From: Candidatus Poribacteria bacterium
GTDB taxonomy: Bacteria; Poribacteria; WGA-4E; WGA-3G
Assembly: GCA_965205025.1 (NCBI GenBank)
Contig: CBDBFU010000015.1
Span: 32,001-96,000 of the forward strand
Direction of reading: 5' to 3'
Length of the DNA: 64,000 bases
The notes under the pieces were generated by a model, which saw only the letters and a list, made by a program, of their open reading frames with translations, was not told the origin of the DNA and did no database searches. Shown piece by piece: positions 1 to 14,165 of the stretch. The stretch's first letter is position 1; each line of letters opens with the position of its first letter. The position numbers were made by a program, and so were the translations under genes.

Positions 1-2
1 CA

Positions 3-473
3 TTTGGTCCACATAATGGGAACGGACTACATCGTAAGTCTGGTGATTGCCATGAATACCAATGTCTACCCGGACAGGCATTTAGCGGATTATCTCGCGT
101 TGTATGGGAGCTTAATCCCGTAGGAAAAGAGGATGGTGGAACAATGTTCATTACCGGTAGCCACAAAGCAGCCTACCCTGCCCCTGAAGTTGCACGAACA
201 CAGGAGTGGGACTATTGGGATACATATTCATGTCCCGCTGGATCTGTAATAATTTTTACCGAAGCAATTACACATAGTGGACAGGCGTGGCAAAATCCTG
301 ATACCGACCGTGTGGCAGTGTTTAACGCATATAACTCGGTTGATAGACGATGGTCACTTTCTCGACCCCCACAAGCACTCCTTGAAACAATGCCACCCAA
401 ACGGCAAACACTATTCCGTGATGCGTTTGTAAAAGGTAATGTAACAGGCACGTCTTTTGAAATGTCTTTGTAA
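3..473 (+). CDS. PhyH-family Fe(II)/2OG dioxygenase-like protein, 5'-truncated by the window edge
   Basis: The frame is open from nt 3 (FGPHNGNG...SRVVWELNPVGKEDGGTMFITGSHK...AGSVIIFTEAITHSG...DRVAVF). It shows the PhyH GGxxxxxGSHK motif and a distal His. Confidence 0.8.
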   Translation, partial: FGPHNGNGLHRKSGDCHEYQCLPGQAFSGLSRVVWELNPVGKEDGGTMFITGSHKAAYPAPEVARTQEWDYWDTYSCPAGSVIIFTEAITHSGQAWQNPDTDRVAVFNAYNSVDRRWSLSRPPQALLETMPPKRQTLFRDAFVKGNVTGTSFEMSL

Positions 474-479
474 TAGATA

Positions 480-743
480 CGATAGTTTGGACAGTTTAAC
501 ACGTAATCATGTTGTTTTTTCAAGGATAGTTGTTTTTCTGTCTGTAATATACGCTAAATTTAGCACACAGAAATACTCCAATGGGAGTATAAGAAGCCCC
601 AGAGGGCGAAATGTCTGTAGAAAAACGGTGAACCCACCAAACAAACCCCAGAGGGGTGAAATGTGTATTGATGTAGTTTTGTTTCAAGTGACTGCTTTAG
701 TATCAGACCAACCAAAAATAACTGACAATTGTCCAAATTATAG
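480..743. mobile_element. MITE-like element C with an internal two-unit hairpin repeat
   Basis: Imperfect TIRs CGATAGTTTGGACAGTT / AATTGTCCAAATTATAG (14/17) are flanked by TAATAGATA (471-479, 744-752). Internal units AGCCCCAGAGGGCGAAATGTCTGTAG (595-620) and AACCCCAGAGGGGTGAAATGTGTAT (644-668). Confidence 0.6.
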
Positions 744-777
744 TAATAGATACGATAGTTTGAAGTAAGGATTAGTT

Positions 778-1602
778 ATGACACCAAAACAACGTTACTT
801 GTTTGATGTAACCGGCTATCTTCATTTGGAGAATGTAATCACAGGAGATGCATTGGCTGAAGCATCCGAAGCGGTTGATAGATATATTACAACACCCCCT
901 GATGAATTACCTCCTGGATTTGAACAGAAGGGATTACATCAACACGGATTCGCTTTTGATAAATCCCTTGAGTGTTTAACGATGCATTCTGCACTTTGGC
1001 CAATCATTAAGGAACTTACAGATAATCAACCTCGGTTTGGGAGAGGTTCACTTAAACACGACAAACATGATTTGTGGCAGGCAGGAGAAAACGCACATGT
1101 AAATCCTGGTGGACTGCATTGTGCACGTGATGATTATGGATGGTATAGCACACGGTACGAAGCAAACAATGGAAGTATCTACTGCGATAACTTCGTCTGT
1201 TTCCCATATTTTACGGATGTCTATCCAGGAGATGGGGGACTGATTATAATTCCTGGTTCACATAAGAGTGAGTTCGATAGACCGAAGCAGCTTTTGACAC
1301 TTGATGAAGCAGATGGTATTGACCCTATTGATAATCCTGTATTTGTAAATATCACACCGAAAGCAGGAGATATTGTGATTATTTCTGAACTGCTTACGCA
1401 TGGTGTATTGCGATGGAAACCGAAAGATAGAGATAGAAGGTTTCTTGTATTACGGTATTTCCCACAATTTTCAGGAACACATAACCTTCCACAACCTATA
1501 CTCGACCGGTTATCACCAGAGACGTTGGAATTGGTTGCATCTGAACCGTATGGTCACATTAAAGAAATCGTGAAGCAGGATGAGGTTACACTGACTACTT
1601 AG
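778..1602 (+). CDS. PhyH-family Fe(II)/2OG dioxygenase-like protein
   Basis: YLFDVTGYLHLENV N-terminus, GLHCARD, DGGLIIIPGSHK, KAGDIVIISELLTHG and RRFLVLRY. Confidence 0.85.
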   Translation: MTPKQRYLFDVTGYLHLENVITGDALAEASEAVDRYITTPPDELPPGFEQKGLHQHGFAFDKSLECLTMHSALWPIIKELTDNQPRFGRGSLKHDKHDLWQAGENAHVNPGGLHCARDDYGWYSTRYEANNGSIYCDNFVCFPYFTDVYPGDGGLIIIPGSHKSEFDRPKQLLTLDEADGIDPIDNPVFVNITPKAGDIVIISELLTHGVLRWKPKDRDRRFLVLRYFPQFSGTHNLPQPILDRLSPETLELVASEPYGHIKEIVKQDEVTLTT

Positions 1603-1707
1603 GAATTGTCACGTATTCCTACAAAGTTATTTACCAACATAGAATACCCTGTCATTTGCCACCTATAAAACGTTAATAACCAACAATATATGGAGTAGAA
1701 GCGAGCG

Positions 1708-1906
1708 ATGAAAAAAGAGCAGATTATCTCCCAAGATCAATGTGTGATGCATGGCATATTAGTTTTCACTGGTACACGCGTACCTGTAGAGAGTCTAATT
1801 CAACATCTTGTAGCAGGTGACTCACTTGACATGTTTTTAGAGGATTTTCCAACAGTTTCCCGTGAACAGGCAGTAGGATACTTGCAGATGACTCTGGAGT
1901 TTGTTG

Positions 1907-1923
<17 letters not shown>
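1708..1923 (+). CDS. DUF433 (VapB45-like) antitoxin
   Basis: The VMHG-xxVFTGTRVPV...GDSLDMFLEDFPTVSREQ signature is typical of DUF433. Confidence 0.85.
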
Positions 1924-6036
<4,113 letters not shown>

Positions 6037-6083
6037 TGGATACCTGTTGAAAGTGAAAATAGATTAATGCCATTTTAATATAA

Positions 6084-6113
6084 GAGACGCGGTGATAGTA
6101 TAAAATGGTTACA
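6084..6113 (-). promoter_or_regulatory. Candidate ECF-type (autoregulatory) promoter
   Basis: The minus strand reads TGTAACC-N17-CGTCTC about 50 bp upstream of the sigma-WD40 start, matching the generic ECF AAC/CGT consensus. Confidence 0.5.
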
Positions 6114-6137
6114 TAATTCTGAATTATTTCGGTAGAA

Positions 6138-7067
6138 CTATCCAACTAAGTATTTGAATACAGCAGACAGATTGTCATCGGGTGAGTAGAGTTGAGATAT
6201 GTGCAATTCATTCTCAATGATGATTTGGGGGAGTCGTGCATAAAAAGCGTCAGGTTTCGCAGTTTCAATTATCACATCACCGGATTGATCACCAAAGGTA
6301 ATACTCAGTATATCTTCATAAAAAAGACACGTTTGAGCAAGTCGTCGTGGATCATCTGCACTCAAGTAGACCTTATGCGGGTGTTCATCAATCAATTCTC
6401 GTATATCGGAGATATTACCTTCTGCGAGGATGCGTCCTTGATGAATCAAGAGAATCGTCTGTGTTATCGCTTCAATTTCATACAGGATATGGCTTGAAAC
6501 TAACATACTGATTCCTTGTTCTGCAAGTTTGGAGATTAAATCCATGACATGTCGTCTTCCAATTGGATCAAGTCCGGTGAGGGGTTCGTCTAAGAATAGA
6601 ATTTCAGGTTCATGTACCAACGCTTGTGCCAGTTTAATACGTTGCCGCATCCCTTTACTATAAGATCCAATAGGTTTTTCCGCAGCAGGTAACATATCAA
6701 CGGTTTTAAGCACGTTAGTTGTTTTTTCGTGTGCTTCATCTTTATCATATCCACTTAAAGTGGCGAAAAACATTATGAATTCAAAACCACTCATGAATTG
6801 GTATGCAATTTCAATATCTGGACAGTATCCAACACGGCGTGTTAATTCGAAATTGTTCCAAACAGGTTCATTCAAGACAGTAATGTCACCTTGATTGGAT
6901 TTAAGTTGACCCGTCATTAATTTTAGCAAAGTCGTTTTTCCAGCGCCATTGGGACCGAGTAAACCCGTGATACCGGGATATACTTTTAATGTGACATCAT
7001 TTACACCCATCACCTCACCATACCATTTGGACAGATTCTCTGCTTGAACTATAACAGAATCATTCAT
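6138..7067 (-). CDS. ABC-2 type exporter ATP-binding protein
   Basis: Walker A GPNGAGKT, signature YSKGMRQR, Walker B LFLDEP and an H-loop SSH. Confidence 0.93.
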   Translation of the reverse strand: MNDSVIVQAENLSKWYGEVMGVNDVTLKVYPGITGLLGPNGAGKTTLLKLMTGQLKSNQGDITVLNEPVWNNFELTRRVGYCPDIEIAYQFMSGFEFIMFFATLSGYDKDEAHEKTTNVLKTVDMLPAAEKPIGSYSKGMRQRIKLAQALVHEPEILFLDEPLTGLDPIGRRHVMDLISKLAEQGISMLVSSHILYEIEAITQTILLIHQGRILAEGNISDIRELIDEHPHKVYLSADDPRRLAQTCLFYEDILSITFGDQSGDVIIETAKPDAFYARLPQIIIENELHISQLYSPDDNLSAVFKYLVG

Positions 7068-7087
7068 ATTGTAATCCTATTTCTACT

Positions 7088-8023
7088 CTACGATACAGTA
7101 TTGCCTTCACAGATTCTCATGGTTGCTTCAAGATTTTCAATCCCCGCCGTTGTACCTATAGCAGTAACACAAGCTGCACCTGATGCTGATGCTAATTGTG
7201 CTGTCATTCTAATGTCCCAACCTTTGATTGTCCCAGCCAGAAAACCCGCTACGTAAGCGTCCCCTGCGCCTGTGGCATCAACAATATTAACAGAATAGGC
7301 AGGAACATAAAACTCTTCATCAGGTGTTGATACAAAACTACCTTCTTTTCCCATTTTAATACCAATCGTACCTATCCCATAATCTCTAAGAAAAGTTATT
7401 ATAGGTTTTAGCTCGGAATTCCCTGTTAGTCGTTCTACTTCTGTCAGACTTGGTAGGAAGATATCAACATACGGAAGGCATGGCTCTAAAGTATCCAGCC
7501 ATTTTCCTGTTGCATCCCAGGCAGTGTCAAGGGATGTAGTGATTCCTAATTCTTTAGCTTTTTTCAGGACATTCGCCATCGGTTTTCCATCAAACTGAGG
7601 CATAACAAGTGCACCTGCGACATGCAATATTTTCGTGGTTTTTATCAGATCCCAATTGATGTCATCTTCACTGAATGTACCGTTAGCACCAATGTAGTGG
7701 CAGAAACTCCTCTCTCCATCGGAAGCAATCGCTACAAAAGTAAAAGAGGTATTTACGTCAGCATCCCTAATTAAACCGTTTGTGTTAACATCATTATCGG
7801 TAAGAGCGTGTAGAATTATATCGCCAAATTGGTCAGACCCGATCTTTCCGATTACTCCAACGGAAACACCCAGTCGGGACAAGGCAATAGCTGTATTATT
7901 TGCACAACCTCCAGAATGGATTTCCAATTGATCAAATAATTCTAACTTGCCTTTCTCAGGAAAACGATCAATCGGTCTTCCAAGTACATCAACAACGAAA
8001 ATACCTAAGGATAACACATCCAT
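7088..8023 (-). CDS. PfkB-family carbohydrate kinase
   Basis: GGCANNTAIALSRLG and DATGAGDAY motifs. Start placed at MDVLSLG behind a GAGGGG RBS. Confidence 0.92.
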   Translation of the reverse strand: MDVLSLGIFVVDVLGRPIDRFPEKGKLELFDQLEIHSGGCANNTAIALSRLGVSVGVIGKIGSDQFGDIILHALTDNDVNTNGLIRDADVNTSFTFVAIASDGERSFCHYIGANGTFSEDDINWDLIKTTKILHVAGALVMPQFDGKPMANVLKKAKELGITTSLDTAWDATGKWLDTLEPCLPYVDIFLPSLTEVERLTGNSELKPIITFLRDYGIGTIGIKMGKEGSFVSTPDEEFYVPAYSVNIVDATGAGDAYVAGFLAGTIKGWDIRMTAQLASASGAACVTAIGTTAGIENLEATMRICEGNTVS

Positions 8024-8059
8024 ATGTTTACCCCTCAAACCTATCTACTATAAATGATA

Positions 8060-10036
8060 TTACATTTCAAAATTAGGATCTTCAAGATATATTATAACCA
8101 ATGTTTCATTATTAAAACTAACAATTCTATCTGACATAAACAGATCAGTTGGTAAATAATTTTCCAATTCAGAAGTCCAGCCAATTAATTTCACACTACT
8201 TTTTCGGACACCCATTCCAGAAGAATTGTCTACCTTTAAAAGATATTGCAAAACCCCTTCACTTTGCAATATCTGAGCAAATGCTTTTCGTGATCCATTG
8301 AGGTGTCGATTCATAGGAAGTTTTGTCAAAATCTCACTTGGGATATCTGTTCTTGAGTAATTACTATTCCCAATTTTCACCATCCCTAAGTACTTACCTT
8401 GATTACCAGTTATTCTCCAAGTATTTTCAAGTTTTATATTAGACTGTTTTAAATCCATTGGGAATACTGCCTGATGTGTATACGTACTTGGACCCCATGG
8501 TTCAATCTCAACATCTCTCAGTTGAAAAGTTTTACCTTGTAAAAACTTAGGTGGTTTTTGAATGCCTTCAGAATGTAATGGACGAATAAAAGAATTTTGT
8601 TTCAAGGGAATAGTGGTTGTGTTGTGTGCAGGTGTTTGAAGAGAGACATAACTTATTAAACTTGCTTTATTTTGTTCTGGATAAACAGCGAATATTGATA
8701 AACTTTCCTTTTGTATTTTCTTAGGTATTACAACTCTTGCTATACTCATAGTACTGATAGATAACAGAACAAGAATAATTCCTCCAATCCAATATATGCG
8801 ATTTTTATATTTAGATGTACTCCTCCTATTTCTTGTAGAGAAGAATAAAAAACCTAAACATAAGACATATATTGGTAATATAAAAGCAAGTGATTTTATA
8901 ATGGGTAATTGTATTGGCATTTTAGACAGAAACAACTTATGTATTTTATCTTCGTGTTGCCGATAAGGTATGTATTTATCGCTTATATTTTTATGTGATT
9001 TACCATAGTTGTTAAGTAACCATTTCCAAAAAACTTCCCCGCCTTGAGGTTTTGAAAACAGGTAGGCATTATAATCAAATGCCAAGCAGATAATTTGTCC
9101 ACTACCAAAATTTCGTTTCGCAATGTATATCTTGTTATTATTTTCTACTATTGCGTCACACCCAGATTTAAGTTCAAATCCGATACTATTGAACTTTTTA
9201 GTCGAATATGAGGAATTTTCTGTATCCGATATGGTATCTTCTGAATTAAACTCAAACCGCTGTTTTAATATGGTTGGTACATTTTCAATTATCTCTTCAC
9301 GTAGCAACTTAACTGGGAGAATTTCTTTAATGAAACTATCTTTCAGGTATCGGTAATTACTACCGCCAGAGACAATCAGAGTGCCTCCACCCTGTATCCA
9401 CTCAAGTAATGCCGACTGTTGCTTTTTTGAAATACGTCTATCGGACAGTGATACCTCTCGAATGACTAATACATCTACGGTACTATAACCTAACCATGCC
9501 ATTGGCATTTCATTGGTATTCTGAAGGTATTCAACATAGACATTTGTCTCATCACTATTCAATCGTTTTTTGTCTATTAATCTCTTTAATTTGTCTGCAT
9601 TAGGTGTTAATGCCAGTAAGTAATAGTCTTTGTTCTCAATAGGTGGGGACAGGGTGAAATTTCTTGAAATAAGTGGTTTGGAAATTCTCTCAATATTCGA
9701 GTCTTCTCCTGTTCGTACCACTTGTATGGATAGTTTGACAGGATTTACCGGAATGAAGATATTGAGTCGTACATTCTTACGATCTGTTTTACCCAGTTGA
9801 ATAGGTGTAGCATACCTAAATAATGTATCATCAGAAATCAAATTTTTAACTTCAACAACAATTTCACCAGAAAAAGCCATTAGTTCATTTTGGCTTCGGA
9901 CAAGAGTAGTGAATGGAACCCATTTTCCTACTTTATACTTATTATTAAACCCCAATGCCATATTCTCAATATCCACAGCACAGAAAACTGAAGTAGTCGT
10001 AAAAAACAGGATAAAGCATGTTAGAATTTGCCGCAT
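8060..10036 (-). CDS. Membrane-anchored hypothetical protein with a class I GATase-like domain
   Basis: Signal peptide, ALLEWIQGGGTLIVSGG and RNFGSGQII segments, and two TM helices in the C-terminal half. Confidence 0.6.
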   Translation of the reverse strand: MRQILTCFILFFTTTSVFCAVDIENMALGFNNKYKVGKWVPFTTLVRSQNELMAFSGEIVVEVKNLISDDTLFRYATPIQLGKTDRKNVRLNIFIPVNPVKLSIQVVRTGEDSNIERISKPLISRNFTLSPPIENKDYYLLALTPNADKLKRLIDKKRLNSDETNVYVEYLQNTNEMPMAWLGYSTVDVLVIREVSLSDRRISKKQQSALLEWIQGGGTLIVSGGSNYRYLKDSFIKEILPVKLLREEIIENVPTILKQRFEFNSEDTISDTENSSYSTKKFNSIGFELKSGCDAIVENNNKIYIAKRNFGSGQIICLAFDYNAYLFSKPQGGEVFWKWLLNNYGKSHKNISDKYIPYRQHEDKIHKLFLSKMPIQLPIIKSLAFILPIYVLCLGFLFFSTRNRRSTSKYKNRIYWIGGIILVLLSISTMSIARVVIPKKIQKESLSIFAVYPEQNKASLISYVSLQTPAHNTTTIPLKQNSFIRPLHSEGIQKPPKFLQGKTFQLRDVEIEPWGPSTYTHQAVFPMDLKQSNIKLENTWRITGNQGKYLGMVKIGNSNYSRTDIPSEILTKLPMNRHLNGSRKAFAQILQSEGVLQYLLKVDNSSGMGVRKSSVKLIGWTSELENYLPTDLFMSDRIVSFNNETLVIIYLEDPNFEM

Positions 10037-10083
10037 TTACATCTCCAGAATTTAATTTTGAGTGTTCTGGATTCTCTATACTA

Positions 10084-10926
10084 TCAGATGAGTTGTGCAG
10101 GATTATGTGAAAGTTGTGTCTCAGTTGCACCTTCAAAAGCATGTGTACTAAATACACCATTTCCCAACATAATCATGGATGCCACTCCACCAACTTCCTC
10201 AATTTGCATGATAGTATTTATGACGCGTTCATCGTTCAACAAACCACTTTCTATGGAAAATCGTTTTGATACAGCAAAGCATGATGTGAATAACTCTGTA
10301 TCAGTCTTTGTATGTGTTAATTTCTTTAAAGTAGTTAACGCTGTATCAGCAGCATTGTTAATCCGAACTGTTTGTTTGGGATTTCTAAGGACTTCACTGG
10401 TGTGGATAGGTCCAAAATACCTATAATAAATGGGTCTATCAGAAATCGGTAAAATGTCAGCTACTAATGGTGCTCCTTCTTTTAATTTCACCAGACATCC
10501 ACCGTGAAACTGAGAACATACATCACCCAATCCAGTCCTATTTTCTACTTCGGCTATATGCGTAATCATTGCCAGTTCTTGATTTGTTTTATCTAATTCC
10601 ACAAGACTGTTTATTGCATATGCTGTTGCTAAAGATGCAGCCCCACTTAAACCAAAACCACACCCTAAAGGAAGTGAAGTTGTAATATCAACCCTTATAC
10701 CACCATCAGAAATAGGATTTAATTGATTAATAACTGCTTGAACAGTTGGGAAGTTGATTTCTTTTTCATTAAACAACACCTTTGTATTGTCATTTTCTGA
10801 AACAGTGACTTCAACTCCATCTTTTACTGTAAAACCCATACCCAGAGAATGCATGCGTGCTGGATCAGTGTGTGGTATAATTTTGAATATACACGATATA
10901 TTCCCTGGGGCAAAAGCACTTGCCAT
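10084..10926 (-). CDS. Archaeal-type pantoate kinase (GHMP family)
   Basis: AFAPGNISCIF, SLGMG, the GHMP loop PLGCGFGLSGA, and AEVENRTGLGDV. GAAAGGAG RBS lies before the ATG at 10926. Confidence 0.85.
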   Translation of the reverse strand: MASAFAPGNISCIFKIIPHTDPARMHSLGMGFTVKDGVEVTVSENDNTKVLFNEKEINFPTVQAVINQLNPISDGGIRVDITTSLPLGCGFGLSGAASLATAYAINSLVELDKTNQELAMITHIAEVENRTGLGDVCSQFHGGCLVKLKEGAPLVADILPISDRPIYYRYFGPIHTSEVLRNPKQTVRINNAADTALTTLKKLTHTKTDTELFTSCFAVSKRFSIESGLLNDERVINTIMQIEEVGGVASMIMLGNGVFSTHAFEGATETQLSHNPAQLI

Positions 10927-11002
10927 ACCACTCCTTTCTACATACAATATGGTATTGGATAGTAATTTTATAATCTATACAGACAATTAACTTCTGTTAT
11001 TT

Positions 11003-12526
11003 TTATGCTGTATTATTATTCCTTGGATGAAATGCGTCTTCACAATACTTCCCATCGTCAATTTTTGCAGCTTGTCCCCTTCCAGATACGGAGCATCTTG
11101 TCCCATCTAATCTCGGTATAACGTATTGTTGAAACCATGTTCCCATCTGTTGACGCAAATCCTTAATCAAGGCTTTTCTTGATTTTTCATCAATTAGATT
11201 ATTTCGTTCGGTTGGGTCATCTACAAGGTCATATAGTTCATGAGGACCATAAGGATAACGATGCACATACTTCCATTCTTGAGTACGGATCATACGAACC
11301 GGACCGTATTCATCAAAAACAACAATTCTATCTTTGGCATCATTAGTCTCACCAGATAAAGCAGGAACAAAACTCCTACCTGGTGACGCATCATCATTTG
11401 GATCAGGTAATTCAAGATAATCAAGAAGTGTAGACATAAAATCATACTGACTCACCATAGCCTCATTGACCTGTCCTTCAGGAATACTCCCTGGGTGACT
11501 CATAATGAACGGCACTTTAACAGAGTTTTCGTACATATTCAGTGGAAATGTACCGTTTCCTTTATGCCAAAATCCGTTGTGTCCACACGAATAACCGTTG
11601 TCACTACTAAACACAACAAGTGTATTCTCTCGGATATTATACTGGTCAAGTCGTTCTAAAATCCTTCCGATGTTTAAGTCGAGAGCTGTAATTGCAGCAA
11701 AATAACCTTTAAGTGACTCACGATTACCCATGTGCGAATTTGTCCTTCCTGCTGCCCACGGATGAAGTGCTTCTTGTGGACATGTCTCAAATATGCAATC
11801 AGCATAAGAATCTACAATTTCTTGTGGATGTCCTTTAAAAGGTGTATGTGGAGCATTATAGTTTACACTTAGGCAGAAAGGTCTATCTTGGTTTGATGAA
11901 ATAAAATCCATTGCATCATCAGTGATAACATCAGTGAGGTAACCTTCTTGTTGCTCTACCTTTCCATCCCGTATCATTTTGGCGTTGTTATACTTACTAC
12001 TACCAGTAGGCATTGCAAACCAATGACTGAATCCATGTTGTGGTGTGAGACTATCTCCCAGATGCCACTTGCCACTCAAACCTACTGTGTAACCATTTTC
12101 TGCTAAAACATCAGTATAGCAGGTCAAACCTTCAAGATAACGTTCCTGTTTAGGAGGCATACTTCCAGTACGGATAAAATCATGTACTCCGTGTGCTGAT
12201 GGAATACGTCCAGTCATAAGACTTGCCCGAGCAGGTGAACACACTGGACTTGTACAAAAGAAATTTGAAAAACGCGTGCCTTCTTCGGCAAGTTGATCAA
12301 TAAATGGTGTTCTTATTTCATCATTACCACAACAACCCGCAGCCCAAGGTCCCTGATCATCAGTTAATATGAAAATAATATTTGTCGGTTTATTCACTTT
12401 TGCTTCTACGTAATCACCAATTAGTACGCTTGGAGCAACAGATGCAGCTACAGAAGTCGAACATACATTCTTTAAAAATGTCCGACGTGTGATATTTGAG
12501 TAGCGTTTTCTCTCTTGATTTGACAC
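11003..12526 (-). CDS. Sulfatase (Cys-type) with Tat signal
   Basis: TRRTFLK Tat motif, ILTDDQG, CSPARASLMTGR, GKWHLG and SDNG. Confidence 0.93.
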   Translation of the reverse strand: MSNQERKRYSNITRRTFLKNVCSTSVAASVAPSVLIGDYVEAKVNKPTNIIFILTDDQGPWAAGCCGNDEIRTPFIDQLAEEGTRFSNFFCTSPVCSPARASLMTGRIPSAHGVHDFIRTGSMPPKQERYLEGLTCYTDVLAENGYTVGLSGKWHLGDSLTPQHGFSHWFAMPTGSSKYNNAKMIRDGKVEQQEGYLTDVITDDAMDFISSNQDRPFCLSVNYNAPHTPFKGHPQEIVDSYADCIFETCPQEALHPWAAGRTNSHMGNRESLKGYFAAITALDLNIGRILERLDQYNIRENTLVVFSSDNGYSCGHNGFWHKGNGTFPLNMYENSVKVPFIMSHPGSIPEGQVNEAMVSQYDFMSTLLDYLELPDPNDDASPGRSFVPALSGETNDAKDRIVVFDEYGPVRMIRTQEWKYVHRYPYGPHELYDLVDDPTERNNLIDEKSRKALIKDLRQQMGTWFQQYVIPRLDGTRCSVSGRGQAAKIDDGKYCEDAFHPRNNNTA

Positions 12527-12572
12527 GTCTTATTCCTCTCATAGGAACATCTAATTCAATATAATTAGCACC

Positions 12573-13976
12573 TTAGACATTCTTTCTCGGAGGTGCATAT
12601 CTTGGATGAAATGAATCCTCTCCAAATCGTCCATCACCAAGTTTTGCAGCTTGTCCACCACCTGTAACAGCACATCTGGCACCATCTAATTCTGGAACAA
12701 CATACCGCTCAAACCACGCACCCATCTGTTGCCTCATATCACTGATTAAGGCATTATGAGAATTATCATCTATGACATTATTGCGTTCACGTGGGTCATT
12801 CACTAAGTCATACAGTTCATGCGGTCCGTATGCATATCGGTGAACATATTTCCACTCTTGTGTACGGATCATACGAACGGGACCATATTCATCAAAGACC
12901 ACAATTTCATCTTTGGCATCGTTCGTTTCACCCGTTAACGCTGATACAAAACTTTTTCCGGGTGACATATCGTCATTTGGATCGGGTAATCCTAGATAAT
13001 CAAGGAGTGTGGGCATAAAATCGTATTGACTCACCATCGCTTCGTTTACACGTCCTTCCGGAATTCTTCCAGGATGGCTAATCACAAATGGAACTTTAAC
13101 AGAATTTTCATACATATTTAGTGGAAATGTGCCATTTCCTTTATGCCAAAATCCATTATGGCCACACGAATATCCGTTATCACTACTAAATATAATTAGC
13201 GTGTTATCCCGAATCCCCAACTCAGTGAGTCTGTCTAATATACGTCCAACGTTTAGGTCAAGTGCTGTTATTGCAGCGAAATAACCCTTGAGTGATTCTC
13301 GATTCCCCATGTGAGCAGCAGCACCTTGCACTGCCCATGGATGTAACGCTTCTTGGGGACAGGTCTTAAAGGGACAATCGTCATAAGAATCCACAATATC
13401 TTGTGGGTGACCTGTAAACGGTGTATGTGGAGCATTATAATTAACACTTAAATAGAATGGTCCTTCACTGTTTGCGGAGATGAAATCTAATGCATCATCT
13501 GTTATGACATCTGTGAGATACCCAGGTTGCATTTCAACTTCTCCATCCCGAATCATATCTGCATCATTATATTTACTTCCACCAGTGAGTAAAGTAAACC
13601 AATGACTAAATCCATGCTGTGGAGTCAAACTATCCCCAAGATGCCATTTACCACTTAACCCGACAGTATAGTTATTATCGGCAAGTACATCGGTATAGCA
13701 TGTTAATCCTTCCAAATATCTTGCTGGGTCAGGAGGCATATTTCCATCGCGTATCCAGTCGTGTACCCCGTGTGCTGAGGGAATGCGTCCTGTCATCAAA
13801 CTCGCACGTGCTGGAGAACATACAGGACTGGTACAGAAGAAATTGGGAAAATACATACCTTCTGATGCTAATTGGTCAATATATGGGGTACGCACCTCAT
13901 CGTTACCGCTGCAACCCATTGCCCATGGACCTTGATCGTCTGTTAAAACAAAAATGACATTTGGTTGGTTATCCAT
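12573..13976 (-). CDS. Sulfatase (Cys-type), no signal peptide; paralog of the adjacent gene
   Basis: PNVIFVLTDDQG, CSPARASLMTGR and GKWHLG, with long identical blocks shared with 11003-12526. Confidence 0.95.
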   Translation of the reverse strand: MDNQPNVIFVLTDDQGPWAMGCSGNDEVRTPYIDQLASEGMYFPNFFCTSPVCSPARASLMTGRIPSAHGVHDWIRDGNMPPDPARYLEGLTCYTDVLADNNYTVGLSGKWHLGDSLTPQHGFSHWFTLLTGGSKYNDADMIRDGEVEMQPGYLTDVITDDALDFISANSEGPFYLSVNYNAPHTPFTGHPQDIVDSYDDCPFKTCPQEALHPWAVQGAAAHMGNRESLKGYFAAITALDLNVGRILDRLTELGIRDNTLIIFSSDNGYSCGHNGFWHKGNGTFPLNMYENSVKVPFVISHPGRIPEGRVNEAMVSQYDFMPTLLDYLGLPDPNDDMSPGKSFVSALTGETNDAKDEIVVFDEYGPVRMIRTQEWKYVHRYAYGPHELYDLVNDPRERNNVIDDNSHNALISDMRQQMGAWFERYVVPELDGARCAVTGGGQAAKLGDGRFGEDSFHPRYAPPRKNV

Positions 13977-14165
13977 TATGTATTCTCCATCTTATGTTGG
14001 TAAAATTCGAGGTTTGATCTCTTAAACGTTATTAGATTTAATAATCCTATAATTGCTATTGTAATTCTCCCAATAACCGGACTATATCTCTGTAGCATTT
14101 TCAAAGAATCAGTTGGTCCTACTTGCTGTACGTCGAATAGTGTAGTTAGTGCTGGTTGACCACTC

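Noticed and set aside
457-768. 103-aa ORF between the PhyH genes
   Set aside because: It runs through a repeat element, and its duplicated NRYDSL simply reflects the 20-bp direct repeat.
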